Below are positions 45,500-58,083 of a stretch of 64,000 nucleotides of DNA, piece by piece. The stretch comes from Prorocentrum cordatum (Eukaryota): assembly GCA_963575745.1 (NCBI GenBank), contig CAUYUJ010000122.1, forward strand, positions 1 to 64,000. The letters are read 5' to 3'. The notes beneath the pieces were generated by a model. It saw only the letters and a list, made by a program, of their open reading frames with translations. It had not been told where the DNA came from and made no database searches. A program made the position numbers and the translations under genes. Within the stretch, counting starts at the first letter, position 1. Every line of letters begins with the position of its first letter.

Positions 45500-45930
45500 C
45501 GCGATCGCTCCTCGCGATCGCCCCCCCTCGAGATCGCCCCCCCTCGAGATCGCCCCCCCCTCGAGATCGCTCCTCCTCGAGATCGCCCCTCCTCGAGATC
45601 GCCCCTCCTCGAGATCGCCCCTCGAGGTCGCCCCTCCTCGAGATCGCCCCTCCTCGAGATCGCCCCCGCGCGCGCGCCGCGGGCGCGAGGCCGAGGAGGG
45701 CGCGCTCTGGCGGCCTCGGCTCCCGCTGCGCGCCGCGCGGCCGGGGTTCGCTGGGGGGGGCTCCTCCTCGCCATCCTCGCCTTCGATCCTCCTCGCCCTC
45801 CTCGCCCTCCTCGCCCTCCTCGCCCTCCTCGCCCTCCTCGCCCTTCTCGTCCTCCTCGCCCTCCTCGCCCTCCTCCTCGCCCTCCTCGCCCTCCTCCTCG
45901 CCCTCCTCCTCGCCCTCCTCGCCCTCCTTT
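45500..45930. repeat. CTCGAGATCGCCCC(T) minisatellite followed by a (CCTCCTCGC)n 9-bp repeat
   Basis: Directly visible. Confidence 0.9.
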
Positions 45931-47599
45931 GTGAACAGCTGCCCCCTGTCGCTCAACCAGGCGTGTCGTGAGGGCGGGACAGGCGTTCCGCACGATACCT
46001 TCTTCCCGTTGATGATCCGAGATGAAGAACTGACCTGGATACCTTCAGAGGGGTCCGAGGACTGGTTCTGAATTGTTTTCGGATGCGGAGGAGGAGGGGG
46101 CGGAGGGGAGGAGGAGGAAGAGGAGTTGGAGGAGGATCGACCGATGTGATGTGTGGATATGTTTGGACTTCATGGGCTCTGCCAGAGAGCCCTCGTGGCC
46201 ACGGCTGGGTCGGCTTCGAAGTCATTGCCAAGGCGCGTCCTGGGTTTTCGAGGGGGGGCGGCCTCGAGTCCTGGGGCTTAGAATTTTGGCGATTCGACAA
46301 GTCGCGCCACCGATCCCAGGGCCACTGCAAAAACAATCCGGGGCGAAACGCCAGCTCGAAGGGGGCCGAGCGCTCTGGGGTGCCCACGGATGGAAACAAG
46401 TCAGCCTCTGAGGCTCGTGGTAGGGATGGGGGCAGGTTCAACCACAGGGATTGGTGTCCTGTCTCGCCTAGCTCTGAGTCGATGGTGGAGGTTCTCCGTG
46501 TTCCCGAGGCCTCAGTGGGTGCCCGCGCTTCCTCCACCCCAAAGAGAGCCGAGACCGCCAGGCTTTGTCTTTTCGTGAGGTCGCCGTGCCGAGCTTCGGA
46601 TGTTCTCGAGCAGCGCATGGTTTCGTTTGTTCCCAGCCATCCTGTGGTGTTGGGTCCTCGTTTTGAAGAGACAGCGCCCCGCGTCTCCTCTTCTCTCCTC
46701 TCCTGTCCTCCTCCTCCTCCTCCTCCTCCTCCTCCTCCTCCTCCTCCCTCTTCCCATCCGCCTCGTCATCGTCATCGTCATCGTCATCATCGTCATCATG
46801 ATCGCCATCGTCATGATCCACATCATCATGACCATCAACATCGCCATCGTCAGCGCCGCGCCCCTCACACGGTTTGTGGCACCACACGGAGATCCACCGA
46901 AGGCCAAAGTGGCAGCGGTTGCATGCGTCACCGCCGCCCCGAACTGGTTGGTGGGACACCCTAGCTCTGGAGTAGACCCACTAAAAGAAATGGCTACTCA
47001 ACATATGGAAACATATGCGGCAGCGTTGAAAAAGGATCAGTAGCAGCCCCAGCGGCACACCCGTGAAGAAGGTGCCCGTGAAAACGGCGCTGGGTGGAAA
47101 ACGCGGTGCCCCCACGCCCCCGCTGGCAAAACTCCCCAGAACGACAATCAACAGAAACCCGCAACGGCCTAAGCGCCGCAGTGGCCGGCACCCACGGAGC
47201 CCGTCCAACAACCACGCAGAGAGAGGACTTTTACCATGTTTCCACTCGTCACCGAGTCGTTGCCTCAATCCGCAGTGGTGCCGTAGGGGTGATCCTAGGG
47301 GCGACCTCCGCGACCCGTCGACCTTTGCGGTCCCTGCCGATGGCCACTCCAAAGAGCTGGCAGCGGCAGCGGGTGGCGGTGCGAAGTCATGCCTCTACCG
47401 TCGCGTCGATAGGCACTCTTATGATGCCGCTTTGTAAAGCCGCTCATTGGCGACAGGTCACTCTTACAGGTCATCAGAAGACGACGCATGGTGCCGCGTA
47501 GTGCCTACTAGGTTCGCCTCGGCCGCGGGAACGGCCGACCCGTTGACCCCGAGCAGCGTGTCCAGGGACAGCTGCAGGAGGGTGTAGGCTTCGTCAACG

Positions 47600-48020
47600 T
47601 CACCGCCGCCCCATTTTGGCACATCCCTTATACAGTTCGTGGCACCGTAGGGAGCTCCACCGAAGGCCCCAGCGGGAGCTTCCATGGCACCGCCGCCCCA
47701 GTTCGGTACGCACCTCACACGTTTCGTGGCCCCAGAGGGGGCTCCGCCGAAGGCCCCAGCGCGAGCGTCCGCATGGCACCGCCGCCCCACGTTTCCTGCC
47801 CCCCATCATATGGAGCTCCGCAGAAGGCCCCAGCGGGAGCGTCCGCATGGCGCCGCCGCTTCATTTCGGCACCCCCCCTCGCACGGTTCGTGGCCCTGGG
47901 GGAAGCTCCACCGAAGGCCCCAGTGGGACAATTCGCATGGCACCGTCGCCCCATTTCGGCACACCCCTCACACGTTTCGTGGTCCCATGGGGAGTTCCAC
48001 GGAAGGCCCCAATGGCGACG
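47600..48020. repeat. ~88-bp tandem repeat (GGAGCTCCACCGAAGGCCCC), ~5 copies; solo copy near 46860-46930
   Basis: Anchor at ~47651, 47739, 47812, 47903 and 47991. Confidence 0.85.
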
Positions 48021-48439
48021 TTTGCAAGAGTCTATACCGCGTGCGCTACTCGGAGTTTGCACGTCCCCCTCCTTCGTCTCATCTCCCTCGCGGCACTCGC
48101 AGCTGCATATGGTTTGGTCCTTCGTCAGGCGAATTTGTTTGGTTTCCAGGTCGAAAGAAGTAGTCCCACGAGGAATGTTCGAAGTCAGCTGGCGCTGAGA
48201 TCAGAGGCCGTGGCAGACAGACCGTATCACATGAGCCGCACGGAGGTTGCGGTCGTAGACTCGCCCATCCGACAGAGAAGCGGGTGTTATGTGTATACGC
48301 TCTTGTTCTCTCTCAGGAACACTTACTCACTGCGTGGAGCTCCCATATGTGCATCCTTTTTAAAAAGTGGGGTTGTATTTGAGATATTTTAATGAGCGTC
48401 TAGCCATATGAGCCATATGTGCATCTCATATGTGCAGAG

Positions 48440-49165
48440 CACCCTTGGCGGCTCCCCTCAGGTAGCTGAAACCAGCGCACCGCCCGAGACATCCTCACAA
48501 TCTGCTCTCCAAGCGAAGGGTGTTGAGACAGAAAGCAAGCAAACCGCTTGAGACATCCCCACAGAACGGCCGCGAACGGGACCGTGTCATACCCCTCGGC
48601 GGCTCCCTTTAGGGGTTCAGAATCCAGCGCCCCGCCCGAGACATCCTCACAATTTGCTCTCCAAGCGAAGGATGTTGAGACAGAAAGCAGGCACATCGAT
48701 TGAGACATCCCTACAAAACGGCCGCGAACGGGACCGTGCAGTACCCCTTGGCGGCTCCCCTTAAGGGGTGCTGAAACCAGCGCCCCGCCCGAGACATCCT
48801 CACAATCTGCTCTCCAAGCGAAGGATGCTGAGACAGAAAGCAGGCAAACCGCTTGAGACATCCCTACACAACGGCCGCGAACGGGACCATGCAAAACCCT
48901 CGGCGGCTCCCTTTATGGGGTGCTGAAACCAGCGCCCCGCCTGAGACATCCTCACAATCTGCTGTGTGTTGAATAAGTCAGACATTGAGAAGGTCTCAGT
49001 ATGAGTAAGTCCGGGTATGAGTGAGTCTGAGCATGAGTAAGTCTGAGTATAATAGGTCTGAGTATGAGTAGGTCTGAGTATGAGTAAGTTAATATGATCA
49101 TGATCAGGTCTGAGTATGAGTAAATCTGTGTATGAGTAAGTCTGTGTATGAGTAAGTCTAGGTAT
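48440..49165. repeat. 152-bp tandem repeat (~3.4 copies) followed by a TCTGAGTATGAGTAAG-type minisatellite
   Basis: GAGACATCCTCACAAT at 48486, 48638, 48791 and 48943. Confidence 0.92.
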
Positions 49166-49630
49166 GAGGAGGAGGATGAGGAGGATGAGGAGGAGAAGAA
49201 GAGGAAGGAGGAGTAGGAGGCGTCCAAGTAATAACAATAACCCCATCTTAGGATATGGGAAGTATGGGAGATTGCATGACGTTCCATGGCGACTGGGTAT
49301 ATGATGGCCGTGTGCAATCTGATCGGCAGGAAATCGGAATGGCTCCAGGTGCATCCTTTCCTATTTCAGCTGGGCCTGTTGCATTGGTCAACTGACTGCA
49401 GGCGTCAATGGTGTTGCGCGTCATCCCCTCTGTTCCCCTCCTTCTTCTTCCTCAACGCTGCGCTGTGAAGAAACATATCCGAAGCAATATCGATAGTCAT
49501 TATTATGTGATTGCTTTGTGATGTGTGTGTGTCTGCGCAGGAGTTATGTCCAAATGTTATGGGCTTCAGTTGTCTTAGCGCACACAGGAAGTCGTTCCGT
49601 CCGCTGTGCTGGCGCAGCTACTATTGTAGC

Positions 49631-50653
49631 ATGCCGCGATGGGCACGCTCCGGCGGTGGAACCGGCAGTGCTCGCGCCGACGCTCCGACGAATTGTTTGC
49701 CGCTGTGTCGCGAGGCGGAGGGCGCGATGGGAGGCGATGGACTGGTTAGCGATCTCAGGATCGACCCCGACGGTCTCACGCCGCCTGGGAAGCAGCTGCT
49801 GCCAGGCTTCGTCCACTACCCTGGCGTCCTGTCGCCCGAGCTACAGCAAGCCCTGCTCGACGTGGCTGTGTCGGTGACGTCTAGGGCCCGGGACGAGGGG
49901 GTGAGCGGAGGCTGGCACCGCAAGGACGATAACGGAAGATGGTCTCTGAACGACGGGACCAAGGCGCGGTTTTGGGACAGGATCGACGGCATCTTCCCCA
50001 AAGGCTTCCGGGAGCTCGGCCAGGACCTCGCGAGGCTCTCCGCCAGGGACTTCCCGAGGGATCTGGCTGCGCCAGTGGCAGCCTTCGAGCCGCAAGTGGG
50101 TGCCGTGAACTACTACACTGGGAGGGGCCGCATGGGCTGGCACGCCGACGACTACAACTTCGCGAAGAAGGACCGGCCCATAGTCATGGCCAACCTGGGC
50201 GATGCCGCGGAGTTCGGCTACCGGGCACCGGTGGCCGCCGCGGCGACGGGCGCAGAGCGCTCCGTGCGCCTGGAGTCGGGCGACGTGGTCGTGTTCGGCG
50301 GCGAGGCTCGGGACCTCGTCCACGCTGTGCTCCGGGTGTACGAGGGCACGACGCCCACCAACCTCCGCGGGGGCCCCGGCGGCCCCGGCCCGCTGGTCGG
50401 CCGCGTGTCCGTCACCTGGCGCGACTGTGGCCCAGAGGACGGGCTGACTTTCAACTCGGACGAGCGGCTCGGCCTGACGGTCACCGAGAACACGCTGCCG
50501 CGCTACCTGGCGAAGCGCCGCGGTGGCGGCGGCGGCGGTGGCGGCGGTCGGGCCAGGTCCGCCGCATGCTGGGGCTGCGGGGGCGCCGTCGAGTCCAGCG
50601 GACGGGCTGGCCAGGGGTATTGTCAGGCATGCTGGGATTCTTGGCGGAGATGA
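49631..50653 (+). CDS. AlkB-family 2OG-Fe(II) dioxygenase (AlkB/ALKBH1-like) with a C-terminal CxxC-x12-CxxC motif; intronless
   Basis: VNYY...MGWHAD (HxD), PIVMANLG, LESGDVVVFGG.AR...HAV (distal His) and RVSVTWR (RxxxxxR). Start is ATG 49631 or 49727. Confidence 0.92.
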   Translation: MPRWARSGGGTGSARADAPTNCLPLCREAEGAMGGDGLVSDLRIDPDGLTPPGKQLLPGFVHYPGVLSPELQQALLDVAVSVTSRARDEGVSGGWHRKDDNGRWSLNDGTKARFWDRIDGIFPKGFRELGQDLARLSARDFPRDLAAPVAAFEPQVGAVNYYTGRGRMGWHADDYNFAKKDRPIVMANLGDAAEFGYRAPVAAAATGAERSVRLESGDVVVFGGEARDLVHAVLRVYEGTTPTNLRGGPGGPGPLVGRVSVTWRDCGPEDGLTFNSDERLGLTVTENTLPRYLAKRRGGGGGGGGGRARSAACWGCGGAVESSGRAGQGYCQACWDSWRR

Positions 50654-50669
50654 GGTGGGCGGCGGTTTG

Positions 50670-50827
50670 TTACCAGCCTCGGACTTATCCCTATCCCTAA
50701 GATTGACACGCCAAGAGGCGATGACAATCTTAGGGATGCGCCCTCAAAAATTACGGGAATCCCTAAGATTGGCATCGTGATGAGGAGATGCCCAGCATAG
50801 GGATAGGGATATGTTCCAGGCTGGTAA
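50670..50827. mobile_element. MITE-like element with ~30-bp terminal inverted repeats
   Basis: TTACCAGCCTCGGACTTATCCCTATCCCTA ... TAGGGATAGGGATATGTTCCAGGCTGGTAA. Confidence 0.75.
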
Positions 50828-51555
50828 GTGTGGGCTAATCATCTTTTCCTCCCCCACCCGTGTGGGGCGTGTGCAGCACCAGCTGTTGATGCGGGTGTCT
50901 GCCGCGCAGTGCAGAAGGGTACACTTCCGTGGCTCATCCAGGTGCGCAGATGGATGCTTTTGTTAGGATTTTTCGCACGCTGTGGGCCATCGATCCCCTG
51001 GAATTTCGAGACTGCGCATTTTTCCGATTCGTTTCGTGCCGTTTTTTCAGTGGTAGCACGAGCGTCGGGTCTGACTAAAAATCTTTCCACCCATAGCTTG
51101 GTTTCTTCCCCTCTGAATCGAACCGTGAGAAATCCCGCACCTTCAGTCGTTGACCGCGGCCTCCCCTCACTGAGGGAGGGCCCCCCTCACAGCTCAGAAA
51201 TGTTCGGATGCAACTCCTGGGAGGTCAAATTCTGACTTTGCCCTGGCTCGAAACCTGGTTGAACCCCTCTTGCTCCAGCTTAATCCCGCAGGATCCGCGG
51301 CCCAATCCGGCGTAGCAGCCCTTCAATTGGCCTTCATCCTCCTTACTCTTTCCGACGAAGACCCTCCAGTAGCTGCTCCCTAAGACATGCTGCGCACTCG
51401 GAGGTGGTCATAGTCTGAGGCCGCGGCGGCAACCAGGCTGCATGCAGGCTCCGCGCAGCAGAGCGGTGCGCCCTGGCTTTGGTCTCGTTGGTTGAGGCGG
51501 GTCAACTTTCCCATGCCTCCGACGTTTTTTTTCTTCGGTTCAATTTATGTATACA

Positions 51556-51637
51556 TCTGTCTGTCTGTCTGTCTGCCTGTCTGTCTGTATGTCTGTCTGT
51601 CTGGATGGATGGATGCACGGATGCATGGATGCATGGA

Positions 51638-51686
<49 letters not shown>

Positions 51687-51690
51687 GCAT

Positions 51691-51737
<47 letters not shown>

Positions 51738-51833
51738 TGCATGTATGTATGTATTTATGCATGTATGTATGCATGCATGCATGCATGTCTGTATGCATGC
51801 ATGCATGCATGCATGCATGTATGTATGCATGTA

Positions 51834-51886
<53 letters not shown>

Positions 51887-51915
51887 GCCTGTATGTATGT
51901 ATGTATGTATGTGTG
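51556..51915. repeat. Compound tetranucleotide microsatellite (TCTG/GGAT/GCAC/GCAT/GTAT)
   Basis: Directly visible. Confidence 0.95.
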
Positions 51916-52437
51916 TATACACAGAGATACCTCTCATACGGGATCCTCAGGAGTCGCGACCTCTTCCCCGGGCCGCTTCTGTTCCATCTCGTATCGAGAA
52001 GGCCCGACGGTGCCGCCGACCCTGAAGACGGGACTGCCCCGAGACCCCCGCTGGCGACCCCTCCGACCCGGATCCCCCCACCCCACCCCACCACGGGCTG
52101 GACCTCCCCCGGGACCCCCGCCGGCGGCACCCCTTGGAAACCCGCCAGGACCCCGCGGGGGGAGAGGCCCCCCCCCCTTCCCCAACCACAGGCGGGACCT
52201 CTCCCTGGATCGCCGCTGGCGACCTCCCCCCTCCCAGAGGACGCGCCAGACCCCCGGGCGGGGGCGAGATCCTGACCGGGGCGGGCCCCCCACCCCCCCA
52301 CCCCTAATACCCCTCCCCCTTGTGTCAGGGAAGGGGAAAGGGGGCCGGAGTCGACTGAATCACGACCTTCATTTTCCTTGTTCCTCGATTTCTTTGTGAC
52401 TGACGACGACGGCGACGGCGACTGCGACGGCGACGGT

Positions 52438-52488
<51 letters not shown>

Positions 52489-55184
52489 AACGACGACGAC
52501 GACGACAGTGTCTCATACACGCCGAAGGGTTTTTTACGGACGGTCTGGGGACCCGAAGCTGGTCTCCAGAGACCGAAGCTGAGGACAAGACGCCGGGATT
52601 GAGCAAGTCACAGCGTCGGAGGTCTGGATCCAGCGTTCTGGCCAGAATTCCGAAGGGAATCCAGCCGTAGCAAAGAGGAAGCCGCACGAACTCAACAAAG
52701 ACGCAATAAAACGTTTCAGCGCCTCGATGTTGCAATTATCCCCTACAACATCCCAGAGCAAGGTTACCCTTGCAACCGCCTCATGCACCTGTAGGGCTTG
52801 CAGATTCACATTATGGTTCAGTCGGGTATGTCCTTCTAAATGGGGGATATTCAAGAATAGTAAGAAATGGTCTGGTGACGATGTTTCGTGCTCTCTTGAA
52901 ATGTTTGATTTGTTGATTATTTTCAAAATTTGTATTCCAAAATCCGTCTGTAGGAGGACATGCCACCCTAACATTAAATATGGGCGCGGGCGGAAACGTC
53001 AGAGAGCTCTGTCGTTTTAGGGAGGCGTCCCAAGACCTCAGACGCTTGGAATCACACGCTGAATTTCGTTGTGCTGCCGTGTTCGGTGTCTCTTGGGGCT
53101 GTTTCTGGGCCGCGAGGTTGGCCGAAAGGGAGTCAGGACGAACAGCCGCGGCCCGGTGAGAGGGGGGAGTAGATTGTCAAAGAGGCCTGCGCTGGTCCGC
53201 CGATCCCCAGATACAAAGGCGAAGATGTTTGTGTGGCTTCCGGTGCCTTCTATGTGCTGTGCCGCGTTTTGTCGTGCTGCCTGCTTGTCGGTGTTCCTGG
53301 CTTGGCCTCTCTTCCTCCGCGTCTGTTGCGGGGCCTCTTGGGTGCCTCTTGGAGGCCTCGGGGGCGGCCTCGTTCGTGGGTTCTTGTTGGGGCAGTCAGA
53401 GGGCCTTTCATTGGTGCATGATCGGGGCACGTTGAGCGCCCAGGGGCCACGCACGGCCCTGGGGCTGAAGATGGCGGTTCGGCTTCCGTGCCGCGCTCAC
53501 CACGCGAGCGATGTCCTCGAGCGCGAGGTCGTTCGCCCGCAGGCTGCAAACTTGAGGTCGCGCGCACGTGCCATCGCCGCCACCGCGCGAGGCAGCCGCG
53601 CACTCGCGCCAGCCTCCTTCTGCCCTCATCGCTCACCCTGCGCTGCCCACAGCAGTGGCGGAGCAGAAATGATGGGCACATGCTCCACCACCACTACCAC
53701 ATGTAGGACGGGGGAGAAGGGAGGATGAGGAGGTCCTCCTCTTCCTCCTCCTCCTCCTCCTCCTCCGTCCTCCGTCCTCCGTCCTCCGTCCTCCGTCCTC
53801 CTCCTCCTCCTCCTCCTCCTCCTCCTCCTCCTCCTCCTCCTCCTACCTATGGTAGTGGTGGTGGACAACGGGCCCATCAAGGGGCGGGCAGCCCTCTGCC
53901 CCGCGCTCCGGCGACCCCTGCAGCGCGTCGGCTCGAGGGCCGCCGCTGGGGGTCGGCGCCGCCCCTCGACGCGGCGCCTGGCCGTCCCATGCAGGTGTGC
54001 GGCGACGGTGGCCTCTCCAGGCGGGCGCAGGCGTCGAGCCAGCCGTGCCGGGCAGGAGTGCCCCAGTCGGTGGTTCGGCGAGGGGGCCCTGGGGGACGGG
54101 GCGCTTTCGGCTGCCTTCGTGCAGTCTCTTCGTCCCTGGGCGAGGGCTCCCTATGGGGTGGGATCGGCTCCAGCGCTCTGGACGCTCCCTCGGCCTCTCG
54201 CGCCCTCGAGGAGGAGGAGGAGGAGGAGGAGGAGGAGGAGTAGGAGGAGAGGAGGAGGAAGGAGGAGGAGAAGGAGGCGAGGAGGGGGAGGAGGAAAGGG
54301 GGAGGAGGAGGAGGAGGAGGAGGGGAGGAGGAGGAGGAGGAGGAGGAGGAGGAGGAGGAGGAGGAGGCGGAGGAGGCGGGGAGGGGGAGGAGGAGGAGGA
54401 GGAGGAGGAGGAAGAGGAGGAGGAGGAGGAGGAGGAGGAGGAGGAGGAGGAGGAGGAGGAGGAGGCGGGGGAGGGGGAGGGGGAGGGGACGAGGAGGAAG
54501 GGCGTCCAGGTTGAACTTGCAAGGCTTCCGCGCCCGAGGGCCCCATGTCTCAGGGCCCCATCTAGCTGGCATAGGGCGGCATGGTGCGCGGCAGGAAGTG
54601 CTTCTTCAGTGTCTCCACCCGAAGGTCCAGCAGGCCGCCTAAACTCGTCGGCGAGCGAGGGGGGGAAGTGAGAAGGACGAGGCCTTCCCAGAAGGCTCGG
54701 AAGTCCTCCAGCCTTCCAAGAAGTTTCCTAAGCCTTCCGCGACGATACAGAACACCCCTCAGAAGGCATGATGATGGTTTCTGAAAAGTCCAGCCGTTTT
54801 GTGAGAAGGCCATCTTCTTCTCACTTCCCCCCTTCGCTCGCCGTCGTTTTGCGGGACCAGAACAGGCGGGGACGGAGGATCGCGCCGCATCGCTGGTGCA
54901 TTGACGATTCGACGCTATCCTAGGCCAGATTTGTTCAACCCCGACGTCGTCGATGCACCGGCGATGCGGCGCGATCTTCTGACCCCATCCGCTCCACTCC
55001 CATTCCAAATGATCCGACGTCAGGAAGAACATACAACATTATGATAAACACGACAGGATCCGTTGACCACGCTTTTCCGGGGCATCTTTCAGACCAGATC
55101 ACTCTGCGAGGGCCCCAGGGCCCGAAACAGAGGGAAAGCGCCAAGCGTGCAGAAAAAGCGACGCCTGGATCTCTGGGCCTGAAC

Positions 55185-55330
55185 TCGGCCACGCGCAGAG
55201 GTGGGTAGGGGGAGGGGGGAAGGCTTCTCAGAAGCACTTGATCTTCTCAGTAGGCGCGGGCCTGATCTAGAGACGTAAGGCCAGCGCTTTCTAAGAAGCA
55301 GCGTCCTTCTAAGAAGCCTTCCCTCCTCTC
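55185..55330. repeat. Dispersed repeat, inverted copy of ~1725-1870
   Basis: CCACGCGCAGAGGTGGGTAGGGGGAG...CTTCTAAGAAGCCTT matches the reverse complement of 1731-1865. Confidence 0.8.
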
Positions 55331-55964
55331 CTGACCCCCTTTGTGCGCGCCGCCAATCCCAGACCCCCGACGTCGTGAGTTTTCCGCAACGTCGACCCCC
55401 AGAGGTCAGGACCCCTTCCCTGGTTCTGCGTCGTTTTCTGACGGTCCCGGGGCCCAGGAAGCACCCCAGAGGCCGAAACGGGCGAACGACCTCCCGTCGT
55501 GATTTTTCGCAGCGCGAGGGGGTCTGGGCCTTTTTCGCGCGCCGACCATGAGCGGCCTCCACAAGGGTGCCTCCTGGGGTCGGAGTAGCTGGGGTCGGAG
55601 GGTCGCGCCGCATCGCCGATGCGTCGCCGATGCGGCGCGATGCGCAGCCCGACTCTCTCCATGCCGACGTCGCTGGTGCCTCGCCGACGTCGCCGGGGCA
55701 TCGCCGCTGCATCGGCGATGCGGCGCGAGCCTCCGAAGCCAGGTGCTCGGACCCCACCTGGGAGGCCTCTACAGTCGGGGCCCTGAAGAAGGAACTCTTT
55801 TGGTTGGGGAGGGGCTCCGCGTTCCTTAAGTGTTTCGCAGCTTGCCTCAGGCTTTCCTTATGTTTTCGACAGGAAATCGAAGGTTAACTTATGGAAAAAA
55901 GGGGCCTCGTTCCTTATTTAGGGTTCCTTAGGTCAACGCCCCGGCTGTAGTTTGCGCGCCGCCA

Positions 55965-57525
55965 ATGGGCGGCCTCCGCCAAAGGTGCCTCCTGCTCTCC
56001 CTCCTGGCCCTCGCGGTCCTCAGCGGGCTCCGGCTGGCCCTCGTGGGCGCGCCAGGCCCGGGGGCCCCCGAACGGGGTGGTGGCCACGCCGTGCGGTGAG
56101 TCGGCGGGGATTCGGGGTCACCGCACGGTTTTGGGACTCGGGTCGTTCGCCGAGGACGTCTCGGGCGACTGGGGCACCCGAGGTCCCAAGACCATGCGTT
56201 GACAGACCGTGCGGTGAGGTCTTGGGGGATTTCGAGGTCACCGCCGCGCCCCAAGCTCCTCCTCCTCCTCCTCCCTCCTCCTCCTCCTCCTCCTCCTCCT
56301 CCTCCTCCTCCTCCTCCTCCTCCTCTCCCTCCTCCTCCTCCTCCTCCTCCTCCCTCCTCACTCCTCCTCCTCCTCCTCCTCCTCCTCCTCCTCCTCCTCC
56401 TCCTCTCCTCCTCCTCCTCCTCCTCCTCACTCCTCCTCCTCCTCCTCCTCTCCTCCTCCTCCTCCTCCTCTCCTCCTCTCTTCTCCTTCTCTTCTCCTCC
56501 TCCTCCTCCCCCCCTCCTCCTCGGGGGTCCGTCACCGCGCCGTTGCGGGACCCCAGCCAGGCCGCGCCCCAAGCCCACCGCCGCCCGAGCCCACGGGCGC
56601 GGCGCAGCTGGCCGGGGAGGCGCCCGCGGGCCCCACGGCGCCGGCGGGGGGCCCCGCGGGCGGCCGCCCGGCGCCGCGCGCCCTCGCCCTCGACAGCGAG
56701 CAGGGGCGCGAGGCGTCCCGGCTTCGGGGGTGGACGGACCTCCTACCCGCGCCGCGGATCTCCTCTGCCGCGCCGCGACGGGCAGAGTCTGCACGCTGCC
56801 TGGCTCGCCCCTCTGACGTTCAGCTCGTCCTCGCCCCGCGCCGGACAAGCCGCACACCCGAGCCGAGGTCTGAGACGTTGTCCCGTTGCCCCCCAGAGAT
56901 GTCGGAGGTTGATAGACCTCCTACTAGTACCCTGACACGTCGATTAAGGAATTGGCCGTCTTCGCTTCGCGAGAGGGCGTCGCGGCCGTCCTTTTTGCGG
57001 GTCCGGGTCCGTCGGTTTCGGTCCCAGGCCGTTTTCACGAAGGGGAGGTCTACTAAAGGGAGGTGTGTCCATCGCCGATGGCTCGCCTGGAGGCCAACCA
57101 AAGGAATGTGTCAGTCGGGCCTGTCCCTCTAGCAGGAGGAATACAGTCAAAAACCCTAATCAGGACTCTCAGGGTACCCTTGCGTCCTTGCTCTTCCTTG
57201 CTCTTGCGTCCTTGAGGTTTTCGTCGTCCGCCGCCCCAAAAATCCCAACTTCGGCTTCCAAGGGTCTTGCGTCCTTGCCGCGCGTCCTTATTAGGGTTTT
57301 GACTGCATTCAGAAATAGCAGAAAAATAGTCAGGGGACGAGTTCGTGTTGTAGTTTTGGGCATTATTTGCGTATGTTTCGCGTGTTTTTTCGTCCAGGAT
57401 CCCTCTGTAGGAGGACATGCCCGACCTAAGGCGAGGCGTCCTGGCTCGCCTGGAGGCCCAGCAACGAATGTCCTAAACACCTTTTGTGGTCTGCACGAAG
57501 TGCTTTTGGAGCAGTTCTGGCCGAG
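55965..57525 (+). CDS. N-terminal exons (55965-56055, 56561-56907, 57059-57103, 57431-57525) of a signal-anchored protein
   Basis: MGGLRQRCLLLSLLALAVLSGLRLALVGAP hydrophobic anchor. The frame stays open across GC-AG, GT-AG and GA-AG junctions, giving a Pro/Ala-rich stem. Probably continues into the 58084 ORF. Confidence 0.6.
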
Positions 57526-58083
57526 GCTGTCTCGGTTTAGCACCTCGGATGTATGTTCTAAGATCATTGCTTTTGTTCTTCGAATATGAGGAGGAGGAGG
57601 AGGAGGAGGAGGAGGAGGAGGAGGAGGACGAGGAGGAGGAGGAGGAGGAGGAAAAGGAGGAGGAAAAGGAGGCTTAGGTTCCGAGAACGTCTTGTGGCAG
57701 GCCTGTAGGAATGCTGGGACGGCCGGCCCCTGCTCAACGCCAGCGGAGGCCCGGGAAGCCGCACGAGAGGAGGAACACTTCGGACCTCCGCGGAGGCTGT
57801 GCGCCAGACCCCCTCCCCACAGCTGCGCACCCCTTGCTTCGGTGGTGCCTCCAGCGTCGACGATGCGTCTCGACGTAGAGCCGTGCTTCCCCACGCCGAC
57901 GTCGCCGATGCATCGCCGACGTCGCCGATGCTTCGCCGATGCATCGGCGATGTGGCGCGATCCTCCGACCCCATCTACTCCGACCCCATCTAGGAGGCCT
58001 CTAGTGCCTCCAGTTCGCCGCCCCCGGCGCGGGGTCTATCACTGGCAGGCAGTCGCTCGCGGACGTCTGGAGTTCCGGTTCGT

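Noticed and set aside
48440..48962. CRISPR-like array
   Set aside because: Whole 152-bp units are repeated with no unique spacers, there are no cas genes, and the context is eukaryotic.
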